DNA of 64,000 nucleotides from Macrostomum lignano (GCA_002269645.1 NIVC01002389.1:97882-161881); one strand, 5' to 3'. Shown: positions 33,356 to 46,087, counted from the stretch's first letter. Translations and numbers: made by a program. The notes: generated from the letters alone by a model not told the origin.

Positions 33356-33679
33356 TACCTGTAACGATACGCATCGCGCGAACCGGTTTTGCGGTGAAAC
33401 TAAAATATTTTGTACTTTAATTTCGACTTTTTTCCTTGTGGCTTCTCATCAACAATGCGAGATGATTCACGAGCTACGAGTTTCTATGTCCCCTTTGTTG
33501 CCTTCCTATTGTGCTTACGTATATTGATTTTAGTACTGTCAGCTCCATCAATTGTATTCTCGAGGTCAAAATTACAGGAACTGCTGCGATGTATTTAGGT
33601 ATTCATTATTAAGATATTAAGATGCTTTCGGTTGATGAAATTTCTTGTACTAGCTTGCCGCGGCTAATGGTGAGGGATC

Positions 33680-34060
33680 TTGGGAAGCGGAGGTAAGGAT
33701 GTGGGATCTGGGAAGCGAAGGTAAGGGTGAGGAATCTGGGAAGCGGAGGGTAAGGATGAGGGATCTGGGAATAAGAGGTTAGCAGCGGGCTAAGGATGAG
33801 GGATCTGGGAAGCGGAGGTTAGCAGTGGGCTAAGGATGAGGGATCTGGGAATAAGAGGTTAGCAGCGGGCTAAGGATGAGGGATCTGGGAATAAGAGGTT
33901 AGCAGCGGGCTAAGGATGAGGGATCTGGGAATAAGAGGTTAGCAGCGGGCTAAGGATGAGGGATCTGGGAATAAGAGGTTAGCAGCGGGCTAAGGATGAG
34001 GGATCTGGGAATAAGAGGTTAGCAGCGGGCTAAGGATGAGGGATCTGGGAAGAAGAGGTA
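33680..34060. repeat. 40-bp minisatellite
   Basis: GGATGAGGGATCTGGGAATAAGAGGTTAGCAGCGGGCTAA, about 7 near-perfect copies plus a degenerate left end. Confidence 0.95.
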
Positions 34061-34781
34061 CGCTCGTAGCTTCGCTAAAACGACAATTAGCAATCTGTAA
34101 CGAAGTTAAAGTTCTGATCTTAAGTATATACACGAATAAATCCTAAAACTTGTGCAGCACACGAAGCTTTATTTACTGTACATCATATGTATATCGTTTC
34201 CCAGTGGCTATGCGCTTTACTTTTGTCTGTCATAAAAACTGTCATTGTCTATACCCAAAAGCCACCTTCATAGCATTAGGAAATAGGATCGCGTACGAGT
34301 ACATTTTAGTGGCTCAGTCAGCTGGCTCTCTGAGCTTGGGCGCCAAGAATTAGCTATACTGTTCCTACCCAAAAATATTCGCTTCTTACAGACTTACAGC
34401 ACTACATTCCCAAATTCTTCTCATTATAATTATGTGAGCGTATGCAGTGTCTGCAGCTATCCTGCACTCCGTTTACTATATTGAATAGACATTCCGTTTT
34501 AATGGCAATTTTTGCTACACGATTCAAGTTGCTGATACTTTTTGTATTAAATATAATGAAAAGGGAGATGATTTTATCAAAGCATCCAGCCATTGCAGCC
34601 AGGAATGATTTACTGACAATATTTTGTCTGTATCATCTCTATTTGTTAGTTTTTTGCTATTTTAAGATGCATTTATAGTTAATTCTTTATTAAGTGGTTG
34701 AGTAAGCTACATGTACGTAAATTCATCAAGAATTAGACAACTTTTTTGCGTCGACGGACTTCTCTAAGTTTTCTACACAAG

Positions 34782-35718
34782 TGTAGTGATCCGCTAGTAG
34801 ATGTTAGGCGTCCCACTTGTCAGCAGTCTCCCTCGTCCTCGCCCTGGGATGCTGTCTGCCGCTGGTCAGCTTCCCGCCCCCCTTGGCCCGTCTGTTGCTG
34901 CCCTTGGCCTGTTCTGCCCTTCTGCGTCTCTGTTCTCAGCCCTTAGCTTCTCTGCTGTGGGCTGTCTCTGTTTCGTTCCCGTCCCGTTTTCCTCTGTCAT
35001 GTGAGCAAGTCACATGACAGACTCTGCGTTCTTCGAGTCCTAAAGTGTAGTAAACATGTTTACTGCACTCGTTGGCCCTGTTTACCGGGAGAATCACGTG
35101 CTTTCGGAACCCTCCCTTCTCTAAGGAGAGGAGTGACTCATGTTGCTAAAAATAGCAACTGAGTCACAGCCGCGTGTACTCTGGCCGGAGACCTCAAGTG
35201 ACGTCAGTTCTAAAAATAGAACGAGTCACGAGGTCTTGTGCGTGGGTGTTTCCCGGCTATAAATAGGACCCCTCTCCCCTTGTTTCCGTCAAGGTGGCTT
35301 CTTATCTGCGGAGAATTCACTAAGATCCCGTGTGCGTCAGTGTCTAACTAAGTGCCCTTTGCGTACTGAATCCGTTTGTACTGGTCTGACTGAGACCCCA
35401 CTAAAGCCCAAGCCTAAGGGAGGCTAACACTGCCTTCCCAGTCACCCCTGAGCCCGGCGGGGATCTGCTGATCAGGACGCCTTGTTCATTTATCTGCAAA
35501 TCTGCACGCTGTGCTGAGTTCGTTGACTTCGTTATTTCGTTCCGACGGGAAGCTCACCTCACCGAAGGCCGAGACCTGAAGGAACTGGTGGCAGCATTAC
35601 CTACGCTACTGAGATTTGAGAGAACTTCCCTCTGAAGAGGCTCGAGACTTAAGGTAATCCGCAAGGGCCTAAACCGGGAAGAAACCCCACTGTACTTCAC
35701 TGGTGGCAGCGGTGGGAT
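34782..35718 (+). mobile_element. 5' LTR (~918 bp) plus primer-binding site of a Gypsy-type element; internal region absent
   Basis: Begins TGTAGTG and ends CTTCA; TATAAATA at 35258; followed after 1 nt by the PBS-type sequence TGGTGGCAGCGGTGGGAT at 35701. No partner LTR was found in the window. Confidence 0.65.
35050..35266 (+). promoter_or_regulatory. Dense TF-motif block and TATA box in LTR U3
   Basis: Palindrome GTAAACATGTTTAC at 35050; CACGTG 35095; TGACTCA 35134; CTAAAAATAG 35146 and 35210; TGAGTCA 35160; TGACGTCA 35199; CTATAAATAG 35257. Confidence 0.6.
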
Positions 35719-36131
35719 TCAAAGACCTACCAGGCCACCCCAAGAAAACCCAAAGTATTTCACAAGTATACAACAACAACAACACGGTCAGCGTCACAGG
35801 GTCCGCCTCAGGGCCAGGTCGTGAACGAACACCACGCCGTCGGCCGAATCCGGAGCTCCGTCGTTAGCGAGCAGGCAGTCGGCGAAACGCCGAGATCGCG
35901 CCTGTCCGCACACCGCCGAGGTAGACGAACTGCTGACAACGCGGAAGCTCTGTCGCCTTTCCATCAGCACTTCGGCACAAAATTGCACGCCGGCACAGTA
36001 CGACGGTTTTCTGCGTGTTGACAACGAGGCGGACACTCGCCGCAACATCAAATGTAGTTTTTTGCAGTTGTCGCTGGGCGCATTCGACAGTTGAGGACAG
36101 CAGAGGGCGAGATCGTCGACATATAGCCAAC

Positions 36132-37733
36132 TGTGGGTATGGCTTGCTTTTCCGGGATCACAAATTTGTTGAGGTCTCGAAGGTCTTGGCATATTCTGAC
36201 GCCTCCAGACGACTTCGGTACAACGACCATGCGAGACACCCACGGTGTGGGACCGGTTACCGGCTCGATGACGTCCAAGTCCAGTAAGCCCTGCAGCTCT
36301 TTTTCCACTGCTGTCTTTAGGTGGACCGGAACTCGGGCTGGTGGATGGCAGACCGGGATGGCATCTTCTTGGAGTCGCACTGATACCTCGACGCCTTTGA
36401 CGCAGCCGAGCCCTGTGAAGACATTCTTGTGCTTCTGCAAGACTGTCCTCAGTTGTGGATCATTCGGAAGGTTTGCTTCGACAGCGCTGACGTCGGCGAG
36501 CGGCTTCGGCCGGCGAATTTCGAGCAAACCGAGTTCAAAGGCGGCTTGGCGCCCGAGTAATGTAGCACCCCGCCCTTCCATCACGTAGAACGGCGTCTTG
36601 CAGCAGTTCTTGCCCACGGTGATTACAAGATGCGACATTCCTTTGATGTTGAGCGGGGCAGATGCGCCGTACGCCTTGATGACGCGGTTGGTATGGAGAA
36701 GTTGCACTCCGTGGAGCTTCTTGAATGTCTCATCGCTCATGATGTTGCAGCTGGCCCCGCTGTCTACCATCATATCTAGAGGCTCACCTCCAACCAGGAC
36801 TCGCACTGTCACATCTTCTGGGTACTGCACCCGGTCAGCGGGCAGAGTGAAGACGTCCTCAGCAATGCTTTCGTCGGTGTAGAGAATTTGTGCTTCTTCA
36901 GTTGACACAGAGTTCACTTTCGAATATCGAGCCGCGCCTGCATTGCCCCGACGGCACGCCTTTGCCAAATGGTTCGGTTTTCCGCAGTTGCTGCAAGTTT
37001 TGCCTCTAGCAGCTTCACAGTTGCTGTGGCCGGATTCACCGCATCTGTAGCAGGTGAGGGATTGACTTGTTGATTGTGGTGGGCGGTCCAAATTACTTCT
37101 TCTGTTTGGCTGTTGTTGCCGATGCCGTTGCCGTTGTGTGGTGCCTTGCTGGCTGATAGCAGCGACGGTCGAGTCCTTCGATTGCTCGATTGCGGTTGCT
37201 TGCGCTTCTGAAGCTTCGTGGGCTCTCGCACACTTGAGAGCGTCGCTGAGCGAAATGTCAGATTCTCGCAGTAGTCGGCGACGAAGTGCGTCAGAGAGGC
37301 AGGTGGCGACCAACTGATCACGAATGATGGAATCTCGAAGTTCTCCGAAGTCGCAGGTGTCAGCGGATGCTTTCATCCGAGCGTACCAGTTGTCTATGGT
37401 CTCTCCCAGCTGTTGTGTGCACTGCCGAAACTGATACCGTGCGAAGACCAGGTTCTTTCGGTCGTTGAAATAGTTGGTCAGTTCGGCCAGAAGCCTCTCC
37501 AGCGATTCTTTCGTGTCTTCGTGATTGGCCTGCACTTCTCTGATGATCTCGGCTAGCTCTCTGCCCCCCGTGTAGGAGAGCAGCTTGCACTTTTGTTTTT
37601 CTTCTGAGATTCCAGACGCTGCGATGAAGTCATCGAATCTGCTTGACCAGGCCGCCCACTGCTTGCTTGAGTTTTGAGAGTCACTGGATGGATTGAATGG
37701 CTCGGGCGGTGGCAGAGAAATAAAGTTTGCCAT
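36132..37733 (-). pseudogene. Gypsy gag-pro-pol ORF truncated in RT
   Basis: ATG at 37733 (MANFISLPPPEPF). Zinc knuckles CYRCGESGH..C and CSNCGKPNHLAKAC; protease VDSGAS; RT start PWVSRMVVVPK...VRICQDLRDLNK...AIPT. No stops up to the junction. Confidence 0.9.
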
Positions 37734-37999
37734 GGCGCTTGTTTGTCCGATGGCTTGCGACGCCAATGTAGAAAAGTCAATGCCGCGATATGGTGCTAGG
37801 CAGGCATGAAGAATAACTCAAGGGCCGCTTGCACTTAGCAGGGCCGGCTTATATTTGGCTATGACTAATTGCGTAATACGAGCTAAATCAATTATTGAAG
37901 TGAGTGGTTGGCTGTACGTACTTGTACGGGGCAGTGATAGCGCTGGACCAAGTGAGCGAGGGAGAGAGAGAGAGGGAGGCAGATGTACACTGCCCCACA
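36132..37999 (-). mobile_element. Truncated Ty3/Gypsy provirus: 233-bp 5' LTR, PBS, gag, protease, start of RT
   Basis: LTR 37999-37767 (TGTGGGG...TTCTACA, internal TATAA) followed by PBS TGGCGTCGC. 5-bp TSD CCAAC at 36127-36131 and 38000-38004. Confidence 0.9.
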
Positions 38000-39399
38000 C
38001 CAACCATGCTGAGCCGCCTCTCCGGTTGACGTCGACCCACGCGTCACCGCAACAGAAAGCCGGCGTCGGTCAAGCACCAGAACGAACAGGAACGGCGCGA
38101 ACGTATCTCTTTGAAGCAACCCGGAGGACGTCTCAAAGAAGTCTGATAGGCCGTCCGGTGTTGGAACAGCAGCTTGCGTATCGTGGTACATCGCCATGAT
38201 AGCGGAGATACGCCGCTCTTTGGCACGTTGTACGCTCGGAGCCGATCCTTTAGGAGCACAGAACTGACGACCGAGTCGAATGCCTTCTTGAAATATATGA
38301 AGATGAAAATCAGGATCGATTGGCGTACCCGTGCCTCCTCCATGACTCGGCGAAGAGCTGGGATCTACGTCACGTGCTGCGATGGGACGATGAGTTCTTC
38401 TCAGGACGCAAGTACGGATCCAGCACTGCGGCTACAACCCCGTTACCAGCAGCATCGAGTTGAATAACTTCGCAGCGCAGGAGTGAAGGCAGATGCCTCG
38501 ATACTTCTCAAGCTTTATGGTGCCCGGCAATTCTTAGGAATTGCGACGATGTACGTCGTGGTCCATTCTTTGGGTGCTCCTCACCGAAGAGCACGCAATT
38601 CATCACTCTGCATGGCGACCTCCCTCAAGCTGGCCACACAATGATGCGCAGCCCCTCGATGGGCATGGGCACTGCACCTCGTCCGGACCCAGCACTTTCC
38701 CGCCTGGTGGCTGGTGACATCAAGCATGTGTGTATGTATACAGTAGTGCATTATCATTTACATTTATAAGAGTGATCTACATATTTAACTGAATAAAATT
38801 TGAGCTTAGTGCAACATGACCTATAATAAATGCATCATTCACATGAATGTTTCATTCACATGACTCATTGAATAGTTTGCTCTAACATCTTACTTGATTG
38901 CACAGTCAGTGTTCAGTGTAACGTCCCAATCTTAGCTGACGATTGAGTGATGTTACATATCGTGCATCGCGCTTTGCCTATAATGCGAGTAGTGAGTGAA
39001 GACGCAGTCGTCCCCAAATTAATTGAATCTATCTTAAAACACAAGAGAGAGTGAGTAATGTACATGTACCAGTTAATGTACTAGTGAAGGTCGTTAGCAA
39101 GTTGCTGGCCCCGTGCTGTTGCTGTGGGAGTTTTGTTGAGTTTCTAAGACACACAGAACCACAGCTAATACGAGCTATAGAAGTAACAACTTTTTAAATA
39201 GACTTTATCCTGTCTTTCTCAATCTCTGAAACTGAACCTATTTTATACTCAGAAATCCTTATGCTGAGCCAGGGTTCACTTATTTTCAGAATCATCCTGT
39301 TCGCTTCGCAGTAAATATCTAAAATATCTGAAATCTAATCAATCAATATGCACATTACCCTAATGTATTCAGAGGTAATTTTACGTAAACCATGGCGTT

Positions 39400-40150
39400 T
39401 TTTAAGCAATCATTCCAAGAAACCACTACTTAAATCCGTTTGTGGTAGGCCGATCTACCACTGGACTACTGGGGTGGACGGCGGCAGATCTCCCGCGGGC
39501 GACGACAGGAGGACGACCGGACCCCAAGTGACGGACTGACGTCATTGTTTTCAACTATTGTTCCCTTGGTTGTTCCCCCGGCTGTCCCCGCCTTTGTTCC
39601 CCCACCTGTTCCCTCTTTTGTTCCCTCTGTTGGCCCCGGTTGTTTTAGTGATTCCAGTGGGCGGGTTTTTCTCGTTTCCCATCGTTGTCCCTCCCCTTGT
39701 CCCATCCTCTGTCCCATCCCCGGGTTTTCCCATGTTAACTTATTATATATTGTGTGAAGTTCGGGCATATTTTTGCTCATGCCTCTGGCCTCTTGCCTCT
39801 TGCCTCTTTCCTTTTTCCGTTTCCGTTTTTTCGTTTAATATTTAGTGTGAGTTTGATCGTTTATTAGTTATTTAGTTTTGCTCTAACAGTTGCTCACCCT
39901 CGGCACCGCCGAATCAAGCTCGATCGTACGCAATTATAATAACAGTTTGTTTCTTTAATAATCGGTTAATATTAATAATAATAAGAAGCTCAGTTATATT
40001 AAATATTTATTCCGTCAAACTTAATCGAAGCCATTAGTTTTTATTGAGTTCTTTGCCCGCGGGGCGTAAAATAACCAATCAGTCTCAACTCAAAGAAAGC
40101 TCTGAGACCCTCAACGTTCCGTAAAACGACATTTACGGTGGTGGCAGCGC
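39400..40150 (+). mobile_element. Possible second LTR/leader remnant
   Basis: GC-rich block with TGACGTCA at 39537, followed by the PBS-like TGGTGGCAGCG at 40139. Ends are not defined. Confidence 0.3.
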
Positions 40151-43100
40151 TACTTTACTACTGAGAGTAACACAACTAGCAATCTCGACGAATTACGAGT
40201 TTACGGTGTCTGAGGACCCATTCTGAACGACTCGGGCCGCTACTAGACCGCTCGACTGCGATTACGACCACCCTCCCCCCGGAATTGAGGACCCGGCAGA
40301 CGGAGTAACCAAGGAGAAGAATCAGCGCATCAATTCGTGCATTTTCCGGCTTTATTCGTGCTTCTACAACGCCGGCGGCAATTCAAACGAGGAATCCGCC
40401 CCACCTCACTGGTGTCAGCAAATTTTCGAAACCGAGAGTTTCCAAGAAAAAATTCTTCTCCACCCCCACCTCACCGTTATTCTTCACGTCTCTACGACTA
40501 CGAGGAGTAGCGATGTACTCTGGCCAGCTGGTTTAAATTCATTTTTGTATTTTTATATAATTAGGTTGGGTGTGAAGGTTGGTAGTGTTGGCAGCAATTA
40601 TTTAAATTATTTAACGGGCTTGCACGAATTTATATATACTATCTATAGGCCTAATTACTGTACAGTGTAGTGAGTGTAGTCCACAATATTTTTTTTACAA
40701 AAAATTAAAATTGTTTTTAGCCTTTAGGGATAGGCTAGGCCTAACCTAATAGGTGATAAGTGAATTAATTTTTCCTATGTGTTGGCCTATTTAGCAAAAA
40801 TATGCATTTTTTTAATATTACTATCACTTTTCTACTTATAGTTTTATAAGATAACCCTATTAACCCAAGTGCCAAGCCAGACTCCAGACAGGTTACTATG
40901 TATGCCAGCCAGATAGGGATAGGGCTTTAAAAAACTGATACTTACCTATTATCAATTATATCAATTATATCAATCAATTTATAAAAAATAAATAAAAATT
41001 AGTTTTATTTTCAAATAAAAAATTGGTAATTTTAGTATAAAAGGCATAAAAAATAATTAATAAAATGTAAAGCCAAAGTAATAAACTATTTTCTATATAG
41101 TAATTTTGTGAAGATTTGTAAAACTTTGTAAAAATAAAGTTAGAAAAATATCTTATATGCTAGAATTTTCTGGCATATATTAGCCATAGCTGGGAAGGTG
41201 GCAGTTTTTGGTGAATTTTCCGGCGCAAATTGGCCCTTTTTTTGGCACACACGGTGCACACGGCGTACAAGGAAAAATTGGAAATGCTTTGGCGGCGCAC
41301 ATGGCGCATGGCGCTGAAAAAATATATAGTTACACTTCATTATACTTTGCAAAATATATAGTGTCAGGCCTAATTCCATAATTTGTAAAATAGAATTATG
41401 TAAATTACATAAATTACGTAAATCACGATATAAAATACGTAAATGAAATTCAAATTTGTCTACCGTAAATTCCTTATGGTAGAATAAATACCTTACCTTA
41501 CCTTACCTTACCTTAGACTTACCTTATCATGGCGCGCTGCGGCGCACAAAATCTTTTCTTCATGGCGCACGGTACACAGTGCTCAAAAGCCATCAAAATA
41601 GTTCCGGCGCACACTGTGCCACCTTCCCGACTATGGTATATTAGGGGCCTAGCCCTTCATAGTTCATTGGCATCCTTTTATCTAAAAAAGTTGTATATGG
41701 CAAACAAAAAGTGGTATATAAAGTTTTTTGAAAATAGGTATAAGTACCTTCTAGTTTCTGTAACAAAGGGTTGAACATTTCAAAAAAGCTTTAAAAAGGC
41801 CATACTCTAGATCATGTAATAGTATATATATACCCAAAAATTCAGGTGTGCATTGGCCTTATATGCCAAAAGTAACATGCACAGTTGGCATGCATCCTTG
41901 AGAAAATAGTATACATGTACACCCGGCATGCACTTTGTAGAATCACGCATGAGAGTTATTGTGAAGTTAAAAAAAGTTGATTTTTAAGCATAAATTTCAA
42001 GCTTTCCATTTTTTCAAGCTTGTAAAAAACATTTAAACAAATCTTTGTGTGTATCAGTTTTCCACTGTAAATAGTATCATTTAAATAGCATAAAAAATCA
42101 ACCAAATTATCTGTAAAATAGGGTCTATTATTATGGAATTTAAAAAAGTCATTGTTGCAACACTCGCATATTTTTTTAAAAACTAGGCATGTACTAAATT
42201 TTCTTTGGCGTGCATTTGTAATTATTCAATTTTTGTTTAGGCATGCACCTAGCATGATCCAGACTATGGTAAAAAGGTAGTAGTTAAAAGGTAATATAAG
42301 AGTGCAAATAAAAAATAAATTTTATAGGGCTATTATAAAGAATTCCCTATTAGAATAAATGTTGAAAACTCACAGACATGCACTTTAGAAAGAGTCAAAT
42401 TATTTTACCGCATTTTAGTAAGGTGGGGGCAGAGAAAAAAAAACTTTGAAATCAGTCGGTTGCTGACATCAATAGGGTGGGGCGGTTCAACTTTGAATTG
42501 CTACCTATGTTGACTGTTGATGGCACTCATAAAGCCAGAAAATTTCACAAACTGATATGTTTAGCTTCTTCTTTGATACTCTGTCTGTTGGGTCCTCAAT
42601 TCTGAGGGGAGGGTAGTCATAATTCGCAGTCAAGCAGTCTTTTAATGGCACAGTTGTTTAGTTGGGTCTTCAGATTCATATTGTACCACTATGGTATTTG
42701 GTATCCTGGGTCCTATTTCTTAGAGGCAAATTGAAAACTTATATGCCAGCTAGTATCAGTGAAAAAGTTAAAAATCAAACAAAAAACCAAAATTTATACT
42801 TTACCCTATATATATTCCTAAGTCTCTCTAACCCAAAATTTGCCAAAGGTCTTCAAAATCTTTTTTATAAGATGGCTATTTAAATTTAAATTTAATATAG
42901 ACAAACCATTTATGTTTAGTAATGAAGTATGAGTAATATGTACTTAATTGAATTGTTGGTTTTTAGCATTAGTAAAATAAAATAAGTCAGAGGTGTTAAT
43001 AAATAAACATAGTGTTTAATTGGCTAGTCAATGGAAATAGTAGGTCCTATTCAAGCATAAATGATTTATAAATTCACTGTGTCTATTTTTTGTCAGTCAA

Positions 43101-43634
43101 TGAAATTATTCTATTAATAAACTTGTAGCTATAGACACATTAGAATAATTTTTTGCCAGGAATGCTTTAGAAGAAACAAGGACTACTATAGTAGACCTAG
43201 GATCAAAGATTAGACCAACACATGATGCCATAAAAATTGAACACAGTTGAAAAATCCTAGAAATTTTCAGAGATTCCACATAACTGTTTTATCTGTTTGA
43301 TCAATTGTTCTTATATTTTATGCTATTGAACACAGTTGTATCTATGAGTATATCTAAATTTTCAGCTGACTTGAGCATTCCTATAAAAAAGTGACCTCAG
43401 TCCAGAAACGTAAGACACCCAATTGTATAATTGAATTAATTTTTTCCTTATATATGTCTATTAGAACACTACTATAGGTATACTATTGCATACTCTTACT
43501 ATTAATTCGAGAAATAAACTTTCTAAGCCTGTTAAAGTTACTTAATTCAGTGATGACAAAACAAATAACTTCAGCCAATTATTGATGCAAACAAGCCTCG
43601 CAATGTTAGGCGCCTACTAGCTTAGCTTTAAACG

Positions 43635-46087
43635 ATGGCAGCCAACCGAGCTACACAGCAAAAGCGCCGATCTGTGAGTTTCATTAGAATTGTGCTCAAA
43701 TAATACCTGTAATTCCTTCAAAAGTATCCATATGCACTAAAAATCGCCGTACAATCTCTAAATCATCTATTTACAGCCACACAGGTCATTCCTGTACATC
43801 CCCACAGATCATTTCTGTACATCCTCACAGCTCATTTCTGTACAACATCCCTACAGATCATTTCTGTACATCCCCACAGATCATTTCTGTACATCCCCAC
43901 AGATCATCCCTGTACATTCCCACAGATTCCCACAGATTCCCACAGATCATCCCTGTACATTCCCACAGATTCCCACAGATCATCCCTGTACATTCCCACA
44001 GATTCCCACAGATCATCCCTGTACATTCCCACAGATCATCCCTGTACATTCCCACAGATCATCCCTGTACATACCCACAGATCATCCTTGTACATTCCCT
44101 CAGATTCCCACAGATCATCCCTGTACGTCCCCACAGATCATCCCTGTACATACCCACAGGTCATCCCTGTACATACCCACAGATCATCTCTTCTACCTCC
44201 ACACAGATCATTCCTGTACATACCCACAGATCATCCCTGTACATACCCACAGATCATTCCTGTACATACCCACAGATCATCCCTGTACATACCCACAGAT
44301 CATCCCTGTACATACCCACAGATCATCCCTGTGTACATCCCTGCAGATAATCCCTGTTCACCGCAGGCACAGAGCTGCTTATTGCTGAGCAAGAAACCCA
44401 TTTACTCACAATTTCATTCACAGGGCTGTCTGAAAGGTGGTGCAGCCGCCGAGGCTTCAGCATCGCCGTCGCCTTCAGATGCGAATGCTGACGACCTCCA
44501 GCTGCCGGGCTGGGGCGGTCAGAGCCCGGTGGCACCTCGTTACGCCCTGTCAATGCTGGACTCTGGGTTGAAAATTCGACTCACAGCTCGGCGCGAGCTG
44601 CACGAGGAGCTGGAGCAGCAAGGGCCGGACAATGACTCCAGTGAGTGCTGAGCTGCTTCCAATCAGCTGTTTCAGTTGTGAAGGGGCGAGAAATGACTAG
44701 TGAATGACTCTGAGCAAATTTTTCCTTCTAGAAGCAGCAGCAGCCTCGCCAAAACCAGAGCCTATGCCAATGCCGCCCGAGCTTCTGGAATCTGATGGCG
44801 AAGAGCTGCTGGAAGAGGGCGGCGACAGTGACATTGAGGATGCCGCGGCGCCCCAGCCGCAGACGCCGCCGCCACCGCGAAACACAGTCGAGATTGTGTA
44901 CACTGTGAATAGCGTGCAGCTGTCAGCGAGTGGCACCATTGACTTCAGCTCGAGCTGCCCACCCCTCAGCATCAAGCGGTTAATCCCGATCGCCTCTGTG
45001 CCGTTGGGTTCTACTCGGCAGCCGCCAGCACTGGCCACAGTGCGCGGAGCCGGCCTCGGCCTGGCCAGGCTGGTGGACAGGCTGCACGATCGGCAGCTCG
45101 GGCTGCTAGCTGATGCCGACTACGGCGAAGGCGAGGGCGAGTCTCCGCTACTCCTGCTGCCTGCTGCCCGTCTGCCATGGGCCTCCCTGACTGTCCACCG
45201 CCTGCCCGAGGCAGCGCCGGCGGCCTCCATCGACCCGGCACCGCCGCCGGATTGGTGGCTGGCGTCCGACGGGCCCGACAGCGAAGTCAACCTCAACAGC
45301 CTGCGGCGGGTGAGTCCCGTGGCGGGTTGGCTGATTCTTCAGTGCCCCTCCCTGATTCTTCAGTGCCCCCCTGATTCTTTAGTGCCCCTCCCTGATTCTT
45401 CAGTGCCCCTCCCTGATTCTTCAGTGCCCCTCCCTGATTCTTCAGTGCCCCTCCCTGATTCTTCAGTGCCCCCCTGATTCTTTAGTGCCCCCCTCCCTGA
45501 TTCTTGAGTGCCCCTCCCTGATTCTTCAGTGCTCCTCCCTGATTCTTCAGTGCCCCTCCCTGATTCTTCAGTGCCCCTCCCTGGTTCTTCAGTCCCACTC
45601 CCTGATTATTCAGAGCCCCTCCCTGATTCTTTAGTGCCCCCCTCCCTGATTCTTGAGTGCCCCTCCCTGATTCTTGAGTGCCCCTCCCTGATTCTTGAGT
45701 GCCCCTCCCTGGTTCTTCAGTCCCACTCCCTGATTATTCAGAGCCCCTCCCTGATTCTTGAGTGCCCCTCCCTGATTCTTCAGTCCCATTCCCTAATTCT
45801 TTAGTGCCCCTCCCTGATTCTTCAGTCCACCCTCCGGACTATCAGTCTACCCTCCCTGATTTTCAGTCCACCATCCCTGATTTTCAGTCCACCCTCCCTG
45901 ATTTTCAGTCCACCATCCCTGATTTTCAGTCCACCATCCCTGATTTTCAGTCCACCATCCCTGATTTTCAGTCCACCTTCCCTAATTTTCATTCTGATTT
46001 TCAGTCCTATTACTGATCCCCTAGCTGGTGCCGCTACCCTGTACTGTTTTCGGAGAAGCCTCATCTAAAATCCAGTCAGCAAATTAA
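43635..46087 (+). CDS. Unknown host protein, 4 exons, ~298 aa
   Basis: Exons 43635-43673, 44424-44640, 44732-45309 and 46025-46087 have phase-consistent GT-AG junctions (897 nt) and GC-rich coding composition. No family was recognised. Confidence 0.6.
43780..44350. repeat. 23-bp intronic minisatellite
   Basis: Tandem CCCACAGATCATCCCTGTACATA. Confidence 0.95.
45330..46010. repeat. 21-bp intronic minisatellite
   Basis: Tandem CCCTCCCTGATTCTTCAGTGC, drifting to CCATCCCTGATTTTCAGTCCA; begins about 20 nt after the donor at 45310. Confidence 0.95.

Larger units (their letters stand above)
35773..38735 (-). mobile_element. 5'-truncated, degenerate non-LTR retrotransposon (LINE RT, possibly RTE-like), interrupted by a Gypsy insert
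   Basis: RT motifs IYFKKAFDSV and GLLQRDTFAPFLFVLVLD lie right of the insert; YVDDLAL and FVYLGG lie left of it. 3' (GTT)n tail at about 35771-35783; possible TSD GTATACA at 35766 and 38736. Confidence 0.8.

Noticed and set aside
39466-39845. Low-complexity ORFs on both strands
   Set aside because: They derive from pyrimidine-rich degenerate repeats.
41490-41527. (CCTTA)n tract as an arthropod-type telomere
   Set aside because: CCTTA/TAAGG is not a permutation of TTAGG/CCTAA; it is an ordinary short microsatellite.
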